This document shows, piece by piece, positions 1 through 10,552 of a DNA stretch of 64,000 bases. How positions within the stretch are numbered: position 1 is the first letter of the stretch; each line of letters starts with the position of its first letter. The stretch spans positions 32,001 to 96,000 of the forward strand of contig JBEKKX010000013.1 in NCBI GenBank assembly GCA_050010515.1. The letters run 5' to 3'. The stretch comes from Candidatus Bathyarchaeia archaeon (lineage in GTDB: Archaea > Thermoproteota > Bathyarchaeia > Bathyarchaeales > Bathycorpusculaceae). The notes beneath the pieces are model-generated. The model ran no database searches. It saw nothing but the letters and a program-made list of their open reading frames with translations, and was not told the origin of the DNA. The position numbers and the translations under genes were made by a program.

Positions 1-8
1 TTAATTGT

Positions 9-662
9 TTATATTGAGTCCCATCGTGTGAGAGCTTCTTGCCGTTTCTTTTCTTCTTTAAGTTGCTGTATTTCATTGTATAACGTGATTGCTTGTGTGA
101 ATTGTGCATCGTATTCTCTGATGATGTCTTGCATTTCTTCGCTCCAACTGAGAAGATGGGGATAACAGGGAACTGTTTGCTGACTGCCTATTGGTTGTTC
201 AAACCAGAATTCTTTGTACGCGCCTGTGTTGCTGCTGGTGGTAACATTAAATCCAAATTTTTCCAACACTATGCCCAAGTGTCCCAGTATATGTCTTACT
301 GCATGGTCAAGGGCTTCTGAGTACTTGTCAGCTACTTGCTTGTATTTATCAATAGGATCATGCAAATTCGGTTTTTGGTGCCACCACAATGCAGGATTAT
401 CAAACTCGTCTCGGACTATTTTTTCAGTGTTTTTAACCAATTCGTTGACTTTAGCTTTCATATTAGCTATTTTTTCTTCACTCATCTTTAAAGTGATTTC
501 AGGATACTTCGTGACGTATTCTTTGGCTGTTTTTCTGTACCATTTAAACGCAAAGTCTACTGTTTCTTTAGTAAATTCTATTTTAAGTTCTTCCATGCGT
601 GAGCGAAGAGGCAAAAGCTCAGCTTCTTTCCTCTCAATCAAAATGTCTGTTGCTTCACTCAT
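9..662 (-). CDS. Hypothetical protein with coiled-coil ends
   Basis: 217-aa ORF with charged helical composition; GGAGG-like motif upstream; no family recognised. Confidence 0.7.
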   Translation of the reverse strand: MSEATDILIERKEAELLPLRSRMEELKIEFTKETVDFAFKWYRKTAKEYVTKYPEITLKMSEEKIANMKAKVNELVKNTEKIVRDEFDNPALWWHQKPNLHDPIDKYKQVADKYSEALDHAVRHILGHLGIVLEKFGFNVTTSSNTGAYKEFWFEQPIGSQQTVPCYPHLLSWSEEMQDIIREYDAQFTQAITLYNEIQQLKEEKKRQEALTRWDSI

Positions 663-1163
663 ACCTTGGAAACCTCCACCATCCCATTTACGAATATGTT
701 TGCCTGCATGTTTCTATACTGCTTAACGTCATAAAAGACTTTTCAAGTATCAATTCAATCTTGCCTTTAAACTAGTGCTCTCGATTACATGCATACCCTG
801 AGTCGGTTACTGGATGAATGGAGCCACAAAATGCATCAAGCGGAAAGTTCCTATATAACTAAGCGATTTTTGCTTCATTTTGTTACCAACATCATCTTAT
901 ATTTTATTAGCATGTAATCTGATTTAAGCGAGAAAGGAATGCCAAGAGTTGCCAGCAAAAGTTGGGCGGTCTGGCTGCTAACATAAGATTAGGTGTCTTG
1001 CCCACCATCTTTCTATGCCTTATCCGTATTAGCGCAAGGCTTGACCTGCCTAACATTACTTTTGCCCATTAACCAAAACCTCAAGGCTTGTATTGTCTAT
1101 CCCAAGCGAAAAGAATGTTTTTATTTGGTTGGTGTAATAGCTACCTTTCAAGGTGCTACAGTA

Positions 1164-2105
1164 ATGGGTAAAGGGTCAGGTTACGGAAAAGTAATTTTGT
1201 TCGGCGAACACTTCATTGTCCATGGCGTCCCGGGCATTGTTTCCGCGATTGATTTCACAGCTGATGCGGAAGTAAAAAAAGCGTCAAAAGGAATCAACGT
1301 TAAAGATGAGAGAAAAACCGCTAAAGGTTACAGCGAAGAAAAAAGGCTCCAGCAAATCGAATCAATCGAGAGAATGATAAAAGCCATGGGCATCGACTCC
1401 AAAATTGGACTGGACATTTGGATAGGCGGAACTCTACCGGGGTTTAGTGGGTTGGGCGCTTCTGCAGCAAGCAGCGTTGCCATCGCAAGAGCCATCGCGC
1501 AAGAGCTTGACATGCAAATTTCCGATGAAAAAATTAATCAAATCGCCTATGAGGCGGAGAAAGCGTATGCTGGCAACCCCTCAGGCATCGACAACACCGC
1601 TGCAACTTACGGCGGCTTAATGTGGTTTAAAAAAGACATGGCTGGAGGACCAGACAAGATCGAAAAGTTGCATATGCGCAGACCAATCGAAATGGTCATC
1701 GGCAGCACGGGCAAAGTCGCAAACACCAAAGCGATGGTGGAAGGCGTCGCCGAACGCAAAAAGAAAAACCCAGCAAAATATGACCCAATCTTTAAGCAAG
1801 CTGAAAACGTAGTCTTCGCAGGGCGGAAGGCTCTGGAAAATTATGACCTTAAAAAAGTCGGCGAACTCATGAATGAAAACCACCGTCTGCTCCAAGAAAT
1901 CGTTGTGTCCAGCAAAGAACTCGACATGTTGGTCGATTTAGCCCGCAAGCAAGGGGCTTTTGGCGCAAAACTCACGGGCGGAGGCGGCGGAGGATGCATG
2001 GTAGCGCTGACACCTGGGAAGGATTTGCAGGGAAAAGTTCTAAGCGCCATTAAAAGCTTAGGTTTTGAAGTGCTCAGTACAAAGATAGGCGTTGAAAAAT
2101 ACTAG
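1164..2105 (+). CDS. mvk: Mevalonate kinase (GHMP family)
   Basis: GKVILFGEH, PGFSGLGASAA, GNPSGID and GAKLTGGGGGG motifs; start moved to ATG 1164; first gene of MVA cluster. Confidence 0.93.
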   Translation: MGKGSGYGKVILFGEHFIVHGVPGIVSAIDFTADAEVKKASKGINVKDERKTAKGYSEEKRLQQIESIERMIKAMGIDSKIGLDIWIGGTLPGFSGLGASAASSVAIARAIAQELDMQISDEKINQIAYEAEKAYAGNPSGIDNTAATYGGLMWFKKDMAGGPDKIEKLHMRRPIEMVIGSTGKVANTKAMVEGVAERKKKNPAKYDPIFKQAENVVFAGRKALENYDLKKVGELMNENHRLLQEIVVSSKELDMLVDLARKQGAFGAKLTGGGGGGCMVALTPGKDLQGKVLSAIKSLGFEVLSTKIGVEKY

Positions 2106-2116
2106 GTTGATGCAAG

Positions 2117-3427
2117 TTGGGTTTTAGAAACTTTATAGAAGGGTTGGATAAAAGCGGCGAATTAACAAGAATAAGCAAAGAAGTGTCAACCGAATATGAG
2201 TTGGCTGGCATAATAAGCGCTCTTGGCGAGAAGCCGGTTTATTTTGAGAAAGTTAAAGAGTCAAGTTATCCCGTTGTGGCAGGACTCGTATCTTCCAAAG
2301 AATTGATTGCGCGGTCGTTAGGCATACAAAAAGAACAGTTACTTCCCAAATTATCTAACGCAATAGAACATCCGGTGCCGCCGCAAGTTGTCAAAAAAGG
2401 TGAATGCCAAGAAGTAGTAGAAGGCAACGTTGACTTAACCAAACTCCCAATAATGCGGTACACTGAAAAGGATGGCGGAAAATACATTGCGTCCGCCGTT
2501 TCCATAATAAAAGACCCTGAATTCGGTACTCGGAACATGTGCTTCCATAGACTAATGCTGTTGGACAAGAACAGGTTTGTAGCCAGAATCGTTGAGAACA
2601 GGGGAACAGACACAGCCTTAAAGAAGGCTGGCGGAGAACTAGACGTTGCCATTTGCATAGGGAACTCAACTACTGCCCTTCTATCCGCAGCCACATCCAT
2701 GCCGATGGGTGTTGACGAGTTGGGCATGGCTAATGCACTTGAGGAAACAGCATTAGTGAAGTGTAAGACCATTGATCTTGAAGTGCCCAAAGCCTGCGAA
2801 ATAGTGTTAGAAGGAAGAATAACAAAGGGAAAAACGGCTGAAGGACCATTTCTGGACACAACAGGAACCATCGACCGGGTAAGACAGCAACCAATAATTG
2901 AAATTAAATGCGTCACTCACCGAGAAAAGCCAATTTATCAAACCTTACTTCCAGGAAGAAGGGAACATCAATTCTTAATGGGTATGCCCAAAGAACCTAC
3001 AATCTTCAACGAAGTGAACAAAGTCTGCGAATGCAAAGACGTTTACATAACGCCAGGCGGATGCAGTTGGCTCCATGCAATTGTGCAAATAAAGAAGAAA
3101 AACCAAGATGACGGAAAAAAAGCCATCAGCGCCGCGTTTGAAGGGCACAAATCGCTGAAGCACTGCATCATAGTGGACGACGACATAAACATCTATAATC
3201 CTCACGATGTCGAATGGGCTATCGCAACGAGATTCCAAGCGGACAAAAATGTAGTGATTTTGCCGAACCAGCCTGGGTCGTCTTTGGATCCGTCGGGAGA
3301 TTTGACTGAAGGCAAAAAGGCAACCACTTGCAAGATGGGGTTAGACGCTACAATCCCCTTTGGAAAAACGGATAAAAGCTTCACGAAAGAACAATACCAA
3401 AAAGTTGACCTTAGCAAGTTCATGTGA
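2117..3427 (+). CDS. UbiD-family prFMN decarboxylase, probable anhydromevalonate phosphate decarboxylase
   Basis: EGPF, VDDDINI and VEWAIATR UbiD motifs; lies between mvk and AcnX-like dehydratase genes. Confidence 0.88.
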   Translation: MGFRNFIEGLDKSGELTRISKEVSTEYELAGIISALGEKPVYFEKVKESSYPVVAGLVSSKELIARSLGIQKEQLLPKLSNAIEHPVPPQVVKKGECQEVVEGNVDLTKLPIMRYTEKDGGKYIASAVSIIKDPEFGTRNMCFHRLMLLDKNRFVARIVENRGTDTALKKAGGELDVAICIGNSTTALLSAATSMPMGVDELGMANALEETALVKCKTIDLEVPKACEIVLEGRITKGKTAEGPFLDTTGTIDRVRQQPIIEIKCVTHREKPIYQTLLPGRREHQFLMGMPKEPTIFNEVNKVCECKDVYITPGGCSWLHAIVQIKKKNQDDGKKAISAAFEGHKSLKHCIIVDDDINIYNPHDVEWAIATRFQADKNVVILPNQPGSSLDPSGDLTEGKKATTCKMGLDATIPFGKTDKSFTKEQYQKVDLSKFM

Positions 3428-4632
3428 TTAGCATGTATCTGACAGAAAAAGAACAACGAATGCTGGATGGCGCTGAAGGCTACGCTGTACAAAAAAGCAT
3501 GGAAATACTCGTTGCCCTCGGCGACATTTACGGCGCAAAAAGCCTGATCAAAGTTGGTAGCGTCCAAGTGGCAGGCGTATCCTACAGCAACCTTGGTGAC
3601 GCCGGATTAGAATTTTTAAATGAGCTGGCAAAAGACGGCAAAGTCAAAGTCCTCACCACTCTGAACCCGGCAGGAATGGACCTGGAAAACTGGCGCAACC
3701 TTGGCATAAGCCCAGAGTTCGCTGAGAAACAAAACCTCGTAATAGACGCCTTCAAAAAAATGGGCATACTTGTCAGTTGCACATGCACACCCTACTTGAT
3801 TGGTAATTTGCCGCTTTACGGCGAGCACGTCGCATGGTCAGAAAGCTCAGCCGTTACCTTCGCGAACTCTGTGATTGGAGCAAAAACAAACAAAGAAGGC
3901 GGGCCATCCGCGCTGGCGGCAGCGTTTGTTGGCAAGACGCCATGTTATGGGTTGCATTTGGATGAAAACAGGGTACCCGACGTTCACGTGCAAGTGAAGG
4001 CGGAATTATCGAAGCTCTCGGATTGGGGGGCTCTGGGCTACGCGATTGGCAAAAAAGCCGAAAACAAAACCCCTTACATAACAGGCGTTAAAACGGCTGA
4101 TTTAGATGAACTCAAATCATTCTGCGCTTCCGTGGTAACTTATGGTGCAAAACCGCTTTTCTACATTAAAGGCATAACGCCCGCATCAGAGCAGCAAACT
4201 CAACCAAAAGAAACCGTTAGCATTGAGCAAGCCGACATCAAAAACGCTTACGACAACATCAACGACGAAGTAAGCGAAATTGAACTGGTATGTGTAGGTT
4301 GTCCGCATTGTTCAATTAACGAAATCGCCAAAGTCGCCGAGCTGCTTGCGGGCAAAAAGGTGGCTGAGGGCACGGAGTTTTGGGTTGCCACTTCAAGAAC
4401 AGCCAAACAACTAGCCGACAAACGCGGATATACCGAAGTCATCGAGGCGGCTGGCGCCAAGTTTGCATGCGACACATGCATGGCAGTTGCGCCGTTGAAG
4501 GGCAGGTTTAGGTCGTTGGCGACAACCTCGGCGAAAGGCTGCTTCTATTCAAGGCAGAACGGCATGAAAACGAAAATGGGCGGCGTGGAGGAATGTGTTG
4601 AGGCGGCGGTGACTGGAAAATGGAACAGTTAA
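3424..4632 (+). CDS. Phosphomevalonate dehydratase large subunit (aconitase X catalytic domain)
   Basis: CTCTPY, WSESSA, GCPHCS and DTCM motifs; start may be ATG 3433. Confidence 0.9.
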   Translation: MISMYLTEKEQRMLDGAEGYAVQKSMEILVALGDIYGAKSLIKVGSVQVAGVSYSNLGDAGLEFLNELAKDGKVKVLTTLNPAGMDLENWRNLGISPEFAEKQNLVIDAFKKMGILVSCTCTPYLIGNLPLYGEHVAWSESSAVTFANSVIGAKTNKEGGPSALAAAFVGKTPCYGLHLDENRVPDVHVQVKAELSKLSDWGALGYAIGKKAENKTPYITGVKTADLDELKSFCASVVTYGAKPLFYIKGITPASEQQTQPKETVSIEQADIKNAYDNINDEVSEIELVCVGCPHCSINEIAKVAELLAGKKVAEGTEFWVATSRTAKQLADKRGYTEVIEAAGAKFACDTCMAVAPLKGRFRSLATTSAKGCFYSRQNGMKTKMGGVEECVEAAVTGKWNS

Positions 4633-5006
4633 AGGGCAGGTTAATCTCGAAAGGCAAAGGCGAAGGAGAAGCGCTCGTAACTTCCCAGCCCATTTCTTTC
4701 TATGGTGGGGTAGATCCGAACACTGGTGTTGTCATCGAGAAAGGGCATGAGTTGCAAGGGCAAAGCGTGAAGGGCAAAATTCTTGTGTTCCCAACTGGCA
4801 AAGGCTCAACAGTTGGCTCTTATACGCTGTATCGTATGAAGAAGAACGGCACTGCTCCAGCAGGCATGATTAACAAGGAATGCGAAACCGTAGTTGCTGT
4901 CGGCGCCATAATCAGCGAAATCCCCTGCGTTGACAAAATTGACATCTCTAAAATAAAGGCTGGAGATAAAGTTCGAGTAGAAAATGGCGTTATCTCCATT
5001 TTTTGA
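4620..5006 (+). CDS. Phosphomevalonate dehydratase small subunit (aconitase X swivel domain, DUF126)
   Basis: ISFYGGVDP and GKGSTVGS motifs; overlaps large subunit. Confidence 0.92.
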   Translation: MEQLKGRLISKGKGEGEALVTSQPISFYGGVDPNTGVVIEKGHELQGQSVKGKILVFPTGKGSTVGSYTLYRMKKNGTAPAGMINKECETVVAVGAIISEIPCVDKIDISKIKAGDKVRVENGVISIF

Positions 5007-5217
5007 ATTTTTGTAACAAGTTGTTGGTTCACACTAAGGTATTGGCTCATAGTTATGTAGACGTTATCTTGTCTTCTGTCAAGGTGAGTGCATAAGTAAA
5101 GTTCCAATGAAAACAACAAAACTGCAACAAATAATAAAAACTAAGGTCTAATCTTTAATTAGAATAAACAAATTCTAAATACTTTGTAACACCATTAGAA
5201 AGCAAGGCCTCAGAGTC

Positions 5218-5871
5218 ATGCAACCACTAGACAAAAGCAAAAACGATAAAGTCCATCGATATTGCTGTTCCAATCCCAATTGCAAGAAGGTCTTCTCCAA
5301 ACCTAAAATAATCAAATATTATGTTTGCCCTACCTGTCAAACAATAGTCGACTTGACTTCCGAGAATTCTCAGTTAATTACTCGAGAAAAACCTGTACTG
5401 GAAAAAAAGCAGGTAACACTGAGAAAGCAAAAAGAAAGCAAGCAAGACAAAAACCAAGAGCCGAAAGCAATAACGAGCCAACAGGCAACAACCGATAATG
5501 AATTAACATCAAAGGAAAAACCTGAAGTAAAAGAGATTTTGGAAACAGTAGAGCCGGCTCAAATGGAAGAGCCCAATATAGTAGAAATCACTGTAAACAA
5601 AAAGTCTGGCGTAATGGGCTCCGATTATGACCTGCCTTTCAGCCTGAGTACTAGCGATGAGCACCGAGAAACAGTTAAAGAACAAACGTGTCAGTCCTCG
5701 GACGTTCAATGTCCATACTATTTTGGGTACCTCAGTCAAAGAAACAAAGAAGAAGTAATACCTGAAACATGCTTCGGATGCCAAAAATCTATAGAATGCA
5801 TGATGTCCGAATCCAATAAAACCAAAGGAACCGTGGAAGAAATTAAGAAGTGGTATTCTTTCAAATTATAG
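5218..5871 (+). CDS. Hypothetical protein with N- and C-terminal Cys clusters
   Basis: CSNPNC...CPTC at the N-terminus, CPYYFGYL...CFGC...EC at the C-terminus, charged linker. Confidence 0.75.
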   Translation: MQPLDKSKNDKVHRYCCSNPNCKKVFSKPKIIKYYVCPTCQTIVDLTSENSQLITREKPVLEKKQVTLRKQKESKQDKNQEPKAITSQQATTDNELTSKEKPEVKEILETVEPAQMEEPNIVEITVNKKSGVMGSDYDLPFSLSTSDEHRETVKEQTCQSSDVQCPYYFGYLSQRNKEEVIPETCFGCQKSIECMMSESNKTKGTVEEIKKWYSFKL

Positions 5872-6147
5872 CTTAACAATTACGACCAAAAATTTTCATA
5901 ATTATTCACTCTTCTGTTTGTTAATTTGCATTGATTTTCTTGTTCTCGCCGATTTGATTATGCTTTTTCTGGGTTCCTTAGAATATCGGACCAAAGTCAG
6001 TGAAAAAAAATTTTGCGCATACCGCACTTTCTTTGAAAGAATCAGCTTTTTTAGTTTTACTGATGTTTAATCTGTATTAGCAATTCGTAAGAGTTAAGTT
6101 AATCCAATGAGTATCACAACTAAAGAAAAAACTGGAGGTAAAAAAAT

Positions 6148-6459
6148 ATGCCCGAGTATTTAGTCCTGCTGAAGCTGAACCCAACTAAATTAGTGGAAAC
6201 CTTAGGTGCAATAAGAAATATGGATGCTCAACCTGTTTCAGGAGTGGACCTTCTGTACAGCATGAACATTTTTGGTGCGTGGGACGTAGGGATGTGGATA
6301 AACGCTGAAGAAAGCGGTCAAGCCCTCGAGTTTGTCCAGAAAAAAATGAAGGGACTTAACGGTGTAACCGAAATATATACTTTGCCAACATTCCCACATG
6401 GAAACGGAGTTAAAAATGGAAAAAGCTCTGAAGAGCAAAAGCACCCTTTGGAAACCTAA
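6148..6459 (+). CDS. Small protein, possibly Lrp/AsnC ligand-binding or GYD-like
   Basis: GGAGGT SD upstream; YLVLLKL...FGAWD...GVTEIYTL pattern. Confidence 0.65.
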   Translation: MPEYLVLLKLNPTKLVETLGAIRNMDAQPVSGVDLLYSMNIFGAWDVGMWINAEESGQALEFVQKKMKGLNGVTEIYTLPTFPHGNGVKNGKSSEEQKHPLET

Positions 6460-6682
6460 AGAAGACAAAAATTAGAAAGTAAAAAATGGGTTCTATAGCT
6501 CTCACCAAACTCAAAATTTCCCAGCTTTTTTGGTTTTCATTATCACAGATAAAACTTTGCTAAATTATAACTTCTAAACCTCCATTCAGTGACTAAGCAG
6601 TAACATGAAGTTTAAGAAGCAATTTGGAGTTCCGATTCATAAAAGCTAAATTTAAATTGGCTAAAAATAAGACGAAGAACAA

Positions 6683-7822
6683 GTGAAAGTAATGGAAAAT
6701 ATCGAAACTTTACCTCAGAAGGTAGTTGAAAGAAAGACTGTTATTCTAAAATCTCGCTTGGACCCTGAGAAAGCGAGACTTATTGGTGAGGACCAAAAAA
6801 CCAATCTTTTCCTCAAGTTTGGCTTTCTGAAGCCCCGATCTGATGACATTTCACTTGTAGGTTTCACTAAATACTATGAACCATTCATTGTTATCGGCGG
6901 GAAATACTTAATTGATTATTGCAAGAAACATGTATTTGAGATTAAAGTGGACAATCAAACGCAAAACGTTTTCCTTGGTGGCGAAGAGTTCAAATTCGAA
7001 CCCTTAAGCGCGGGAAAGCCTTCTAGAGTGCTGAGGCTTGTAGGTGAGGAGCATTCTCATTATGAAAATGAAACATATTTCATATTGGATAGACTAATGA
7101 GAGAAGCTAAACCAGAAAAAGTGCCATTAGCGCCTTTTGAAAATGAAATGGAAAATCTTGATAATTTTGATATGGATTTTAGAAAAGCCAGGATCTCTTT
7201 GGAAGAAGAAATAAATTTTCTTAGGTCTAAAATAGTGAAACGACCTTCAGATGCGGAGGCGATTATTAAAGAAATTTTTGAAATTACTGAACGCTTAACA
7301 ATTTACAACCCGATTTATGAGCTTTCTTTCCAAAATGTTAAGAACGCAAAAGAAGTTACTGTTCTAATTGACGGCATCACTGGCAAACTAACAATAGCTA
7401 AATTTACTAAAGTCCCAGAAAAAGTTGAGCCAACCGAAAAGGTGGCCCCAAAAAACTTTTTGAATATAAAAACTCGATTTTTTCGAGAAAATCCAGAAAA
7501 AGAAACTTTAATTGGCTCATCAATTTCAAATGAACATTTAAACAATTCGAGTCAAAATAGAACCTTAGAAAAAGAAATAAGTGCAACTCCTATTTCTGAA
7601 ACAGAACCAAAGTTTGAGGTAGAAAATGCAATCGCTTTAGCGACCGATGCATTGAAGCATTTAGGTCTTAAAGATAAGATACAACCGTTAAAAGTGTCCT
7701 TAGATGGCGAATTGCATGTGGTGGAACTAAGTCTACAAAATAAAACAGCCAAAGTGTTAGTCAACACTAAAACGAAGGAAGTTAAAGAATACGAAATTCA
7801 AGAATTAAATTCTAATTACTAA
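6683..7822 (+). CDS. Hypothetical protein with possible PepSY-like segments
   Basis: 379-aa ORF; IYELSF...VLIDGITG and AKVLVNTKTKEV segments. Confidence 0.7.
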   Translation: MKVMENIETLPQKVVERKTVILKSRLDPEKARLIGEDQKTNLFLKFGFLKPRSDDISLVGFTKYYEPFIVIGGKYLIDYCKKHVFEIKVDNQTQNVFLGGEEFKFEPLSAGKPSRVLRLVGEEHSHYENETYFILDRLMREAKPEKVPLAPFENEMENLDNFDMDFRKARISLEEEINFLRSKIVKRPSDAEAIIKEIFEITERLTIYNPIYELSFQNVKNAKEVTVLIDGITGKLTIAKFTKVPEKVEPTEKVAPKNFLNIKTRFFRENPEKETLIGSSISNEHLNNSSQNRTLEKEISATPISETEPKFEVENAIALATDALKHLGLKDKIQPLKVSLDGELHVVELSLQNKTAKVLVNTKTKEVKEYEIQELNSNY

Positions 7823-8067
7823 TCTTCTTGATTTGGCTATTTGAGAATGGTGAAGTTTAGAATCGCAACACCCTGAAAAAACATGGCTTATTTGTTTTCA
7901 GTCCTCAATTTACGATGCTCAAGTGTTTCCAATTAGCATAAACGCTACACATTTTTCCAGAGAAGCTCAAAAAAAGGTTAAAAAAAATCAAAACACACAC
8001 TTGCTTTGAAATTCATAAACGTTATTAGTTTTGATGAATATTCTCCTTTACAGCCTGAGGAGTTATT

Positions 8068-8478
8068 GTGGGCTATCAAAACGATTGTCCAGAATGTAAA
8101 CGATATGAGCGAAAAGAAGCTCTGAGCATTTTTAGGGAATTATGGTCTATAGGAAATTCCCCTTTACACCGAATGTATTCTTCTTGGGACGAGCTTGAAA
8201 GAAACATTAAGGTGAAATCGGATACGGCAACCGCCATGAAGAAACATAAGATTCGGTCATGCCCCTATTGTGGTGCTAAGCAAGCCATAACCAAGCCATT
8301 AGACGGAATTTTTCCGTACCTGAATTGTGAATCATGTAAACGTCCTTTTTTCATTGAGAATAATTTGTTTGTTAGGAAACTCACAGAAGAAGAGGAAAGA
8401 GAAATTCCTGAAGCATGGATTCGAATAGTTGAAGATTTAGCCAAAAAGAAAGTTGCAGTAGTCTTAAGATTCGAATAG
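8068..8478 (+). CDS. Zinc-ribbon hypothetical protein
   Basis: Three CxxC pairs (CPEC, CPYC, CESC); GAGGAG SD before GTG. Confidence 0.7.
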   Translation: MGYQNDCPECKRYERKEALSIFRELWSIGNSPLHRMYSSWDELERNIKVKSDTATAMKKHKIRSCPYCGAKQAITKPLDGIFPYLNCESCKRPFFIENNLFVRKLTEEEEREIPEAWIRIVEDLAKKKVAVVLRFE

Positions 8479-8653
8479 CGTAGAATAAAGAGTATGGATT
8501 GGAGAAAAAAAGAGGAAAGACTCTGTAGAAGTTGTCGTCGCCGTCATTACGGAGATGCTGACAGGTTTTGCTGAAGTCTGCCAAAATATAGTAAAGATTT
8601 TGAATCCATATCTTTAGCAAATAAACGTTATATATTTAGGAAAAACCTCTGGA

Positions 8654-9142
8654 ATGTATGATGCCAGTGAGAAAATGCGCAACAATCAAAGGCATAACCA
8701 AAGCACTGTACCTAGATTGAACGAAGAATCATTCGGTGTTGAAATGGCGGTTGGCACCGAACATTCCTTTTACAAAGTGCTGTTGGAAGCCGTTGAAGAA
8801 GCGTTTTCTTCTTTAGGTGAACTGGTAGAAGAGAAAATTTTCTGTACTTTAGAAAAGAGTTTTGGGATTAGACGGAGTGAGATTCCATACAGGATTGAGG
8901 GCTTTTCGGATGCGCTTGAGAAAATTTTTGGTCTAGGCGCTATGCACTTGGAGATTTCGGTAATAAAACGCCTCCAGAAAAAGGTTGCGACTGAATACAA
9001 GTGGGATGCCCCCGAATGGATTGTCCGGGAATTAACGTTTAGAGAATACGTCAACATGGTGAAACAAGACTTTGAACAATCAAACAGAAAACTTGGAGAG
9101 TTATCAAAGAGTGGAATCAAAGAACAACCAACCCGAAAATAA
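8654..9142 (+). CDS. DUF3227/NitrOD5-like helical protein (putative signalling output domain)
   Basis: LLEAVEEAFSSLG...EIPYRIEGFSDALEKIFGLGA pattern. Confidence 0.65.
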   Translation: MYDASEKMRNNQRHNQSTVPRLNEESFGVEMAVGTEHSFYKVLLEAVEEAFSSLGELVEEKIFCTLEKSFGIRRSEIPYRIEGFSDALEKIFGLGAMHLEISVIKRLQKKVATEYKWDAPEWIVRELTFREYVNMVKQDFEQSNRKLGELSKSGIKEQPTRK

Positions 9143-9551
9143 GATCGTTATTTCTCCGAGCCTCGCTGATAACTACGACGCGCGCTTTAAACTACCTAAT
9201 AGTGAATAAACTATATGTTAAACTAATTTACTAAACTCAGTTTTTAAGCAAGTTAAGTAGAATTTGACAAAAGAGATAGATGTACGTGGTAAACTTAACA
9301 TTCTAAATATTCATTGATGGCAAGTCTTAGATTTGCATAGCGTAAAAAATAGCCTTAACATGGGTTGGCTTTTTAGTAAAAGTTCATATCTCTAATTTGA
9401 CCGTTGTTGCAGCAAGCAGAAAAAAAAGTGCATCAGCTCTGTGTAGCGTGTTTTATAAGCACACACTGCGAGCGAGCGTCTCAATTAAACCCTGATTTCA
9501 ACAAACCGGAAAAAAAGCTCAGCTCAAAGTAATTATACGCGCACTCAGTAC

Positions 9552-9655
9552 GAGTGTGTTGTGTTGTATGTATGTGTGTGTATGTAGGTAGGTAGTTGTG
9601 GGGTTGTAGTAGTAGTTGTATGTTGGTTGGTGGTGGATTAAATTTTAATTAGTTA
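9552..9655. repeat. 104-nt cytosine-free G/T-rich low-complexity tract
   Basis: No C on the + strand from 9552 to 9655; runs of GTGT, TATG, GTAG, GTA and TGG. Confidence 0.9.
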
Positions 9656-9729
9656 CCAATATCTCCCAAAGAGCGGGGTTTTTGTGCTGTTCTCGGTAAT
9701 GCTTTTCAATAAGTGCCATAATATCAAAG

Positions 9730-10551
9730 GTGAAGGTGCAAAGAAAGTTGAACGAGGCGAAACCAGTGATTCTAAAAATCGGCGGCTCAGCCATAACCGA
9801 CAAAACAGGGGAACTAGCCGCGAAAACAGAAGTGATAAACCGCTTAGCAGAGGAAATCAAGCGGGCGGATCTTGATAACTTGATAATTGTGCATGGCGGC
9901 GGAAGCTTTGGTCACCCGACCGCAGCGAAGTACGGCATTAAAGACGGCTACAAAAATGAGCCAACGCAAAAACTTGGCTTCGCAGAAACCCACCATGTCA
10001 TGACGGTGCTAAACGGGTTAGTTATGGATGCGCTTATTTGGCATGAAATTCCAGCCGTAAGCATCGCCCCATCATCCTGCATCATAACAGAGAACGGCAA
10101 GATCAAATGTTTTGACGAAACCGTACTCAAAGCAATGCAGAAAATGACATTTACACCTGTTATGTACGGCGACGCAGTTTTAGACGACAAATTAGGCTTC
10201 ACAATTCTCTCTGGCGACCAGCTGGTTGCTTACTTAGCAATTAAGTATAAGGCTTCAAAAATCGTGGTAGGCGTTGATACAGACGGCTTGTTTGACTGTG
10301 ACCCGAAAACTAACCCCAACGCTAAACCATACAAACACTTAACATTGGCAGAGTTAAAGCAGATTCAGCCTAAACTTGGCAAGGCTGCAGGCGCAGATGT
10401 TACAGGCGGCATGGCGGGCAAAATAGCTGAACTTATCCCCGCTATAGAGCAGGGAATTCCCGTTACAGTTACAGGCGCCACGAAAGTGTTATCTATTTAC
10501 AGAGCACTAACAGACCAAAGTGTATTAGGCACTGAAATCGAGAAGGCGTAA
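9730..10551 (+). CDS. ipk: Isopentenyl phosphate kinase
   Basis: LKIGGSAITDK, VHGGGSFGH, SGDQL and DVTGGM motifs. Confidence 0.93.
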   Translation: MKVQRKLNEAKPVILKIGGSAITDKTGELAAKTEVINRLAEEIKRADLDNLIIVHGGGSFGHPTAAKYGIKDGYKNEPTQKLGFAETHHVMTVLNGLVMDALIWHEIPAVSIAPSSCIITENGKIKCFDETVLKAMQKMTFTPVMYGDAVLDDKLGFTILSGDQLVAYLAIKYKASKIVVGVDTDGLFDCDPKTNPNAKPYKHLTLAELKQIQPKLGKAAGADVTGGMAGKIAELIPAIEQGIPVTVTGATKVLSIYRALTDQSVLGTEIEKA

Positions 10552-10552
10552 G

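Noticed and set aside
9143-9729. Calling this region a replication origin
   Set aside because: No recognisable ORB repeats and no cdc6/orc1 gene nearby; kept only as an unexplained structure
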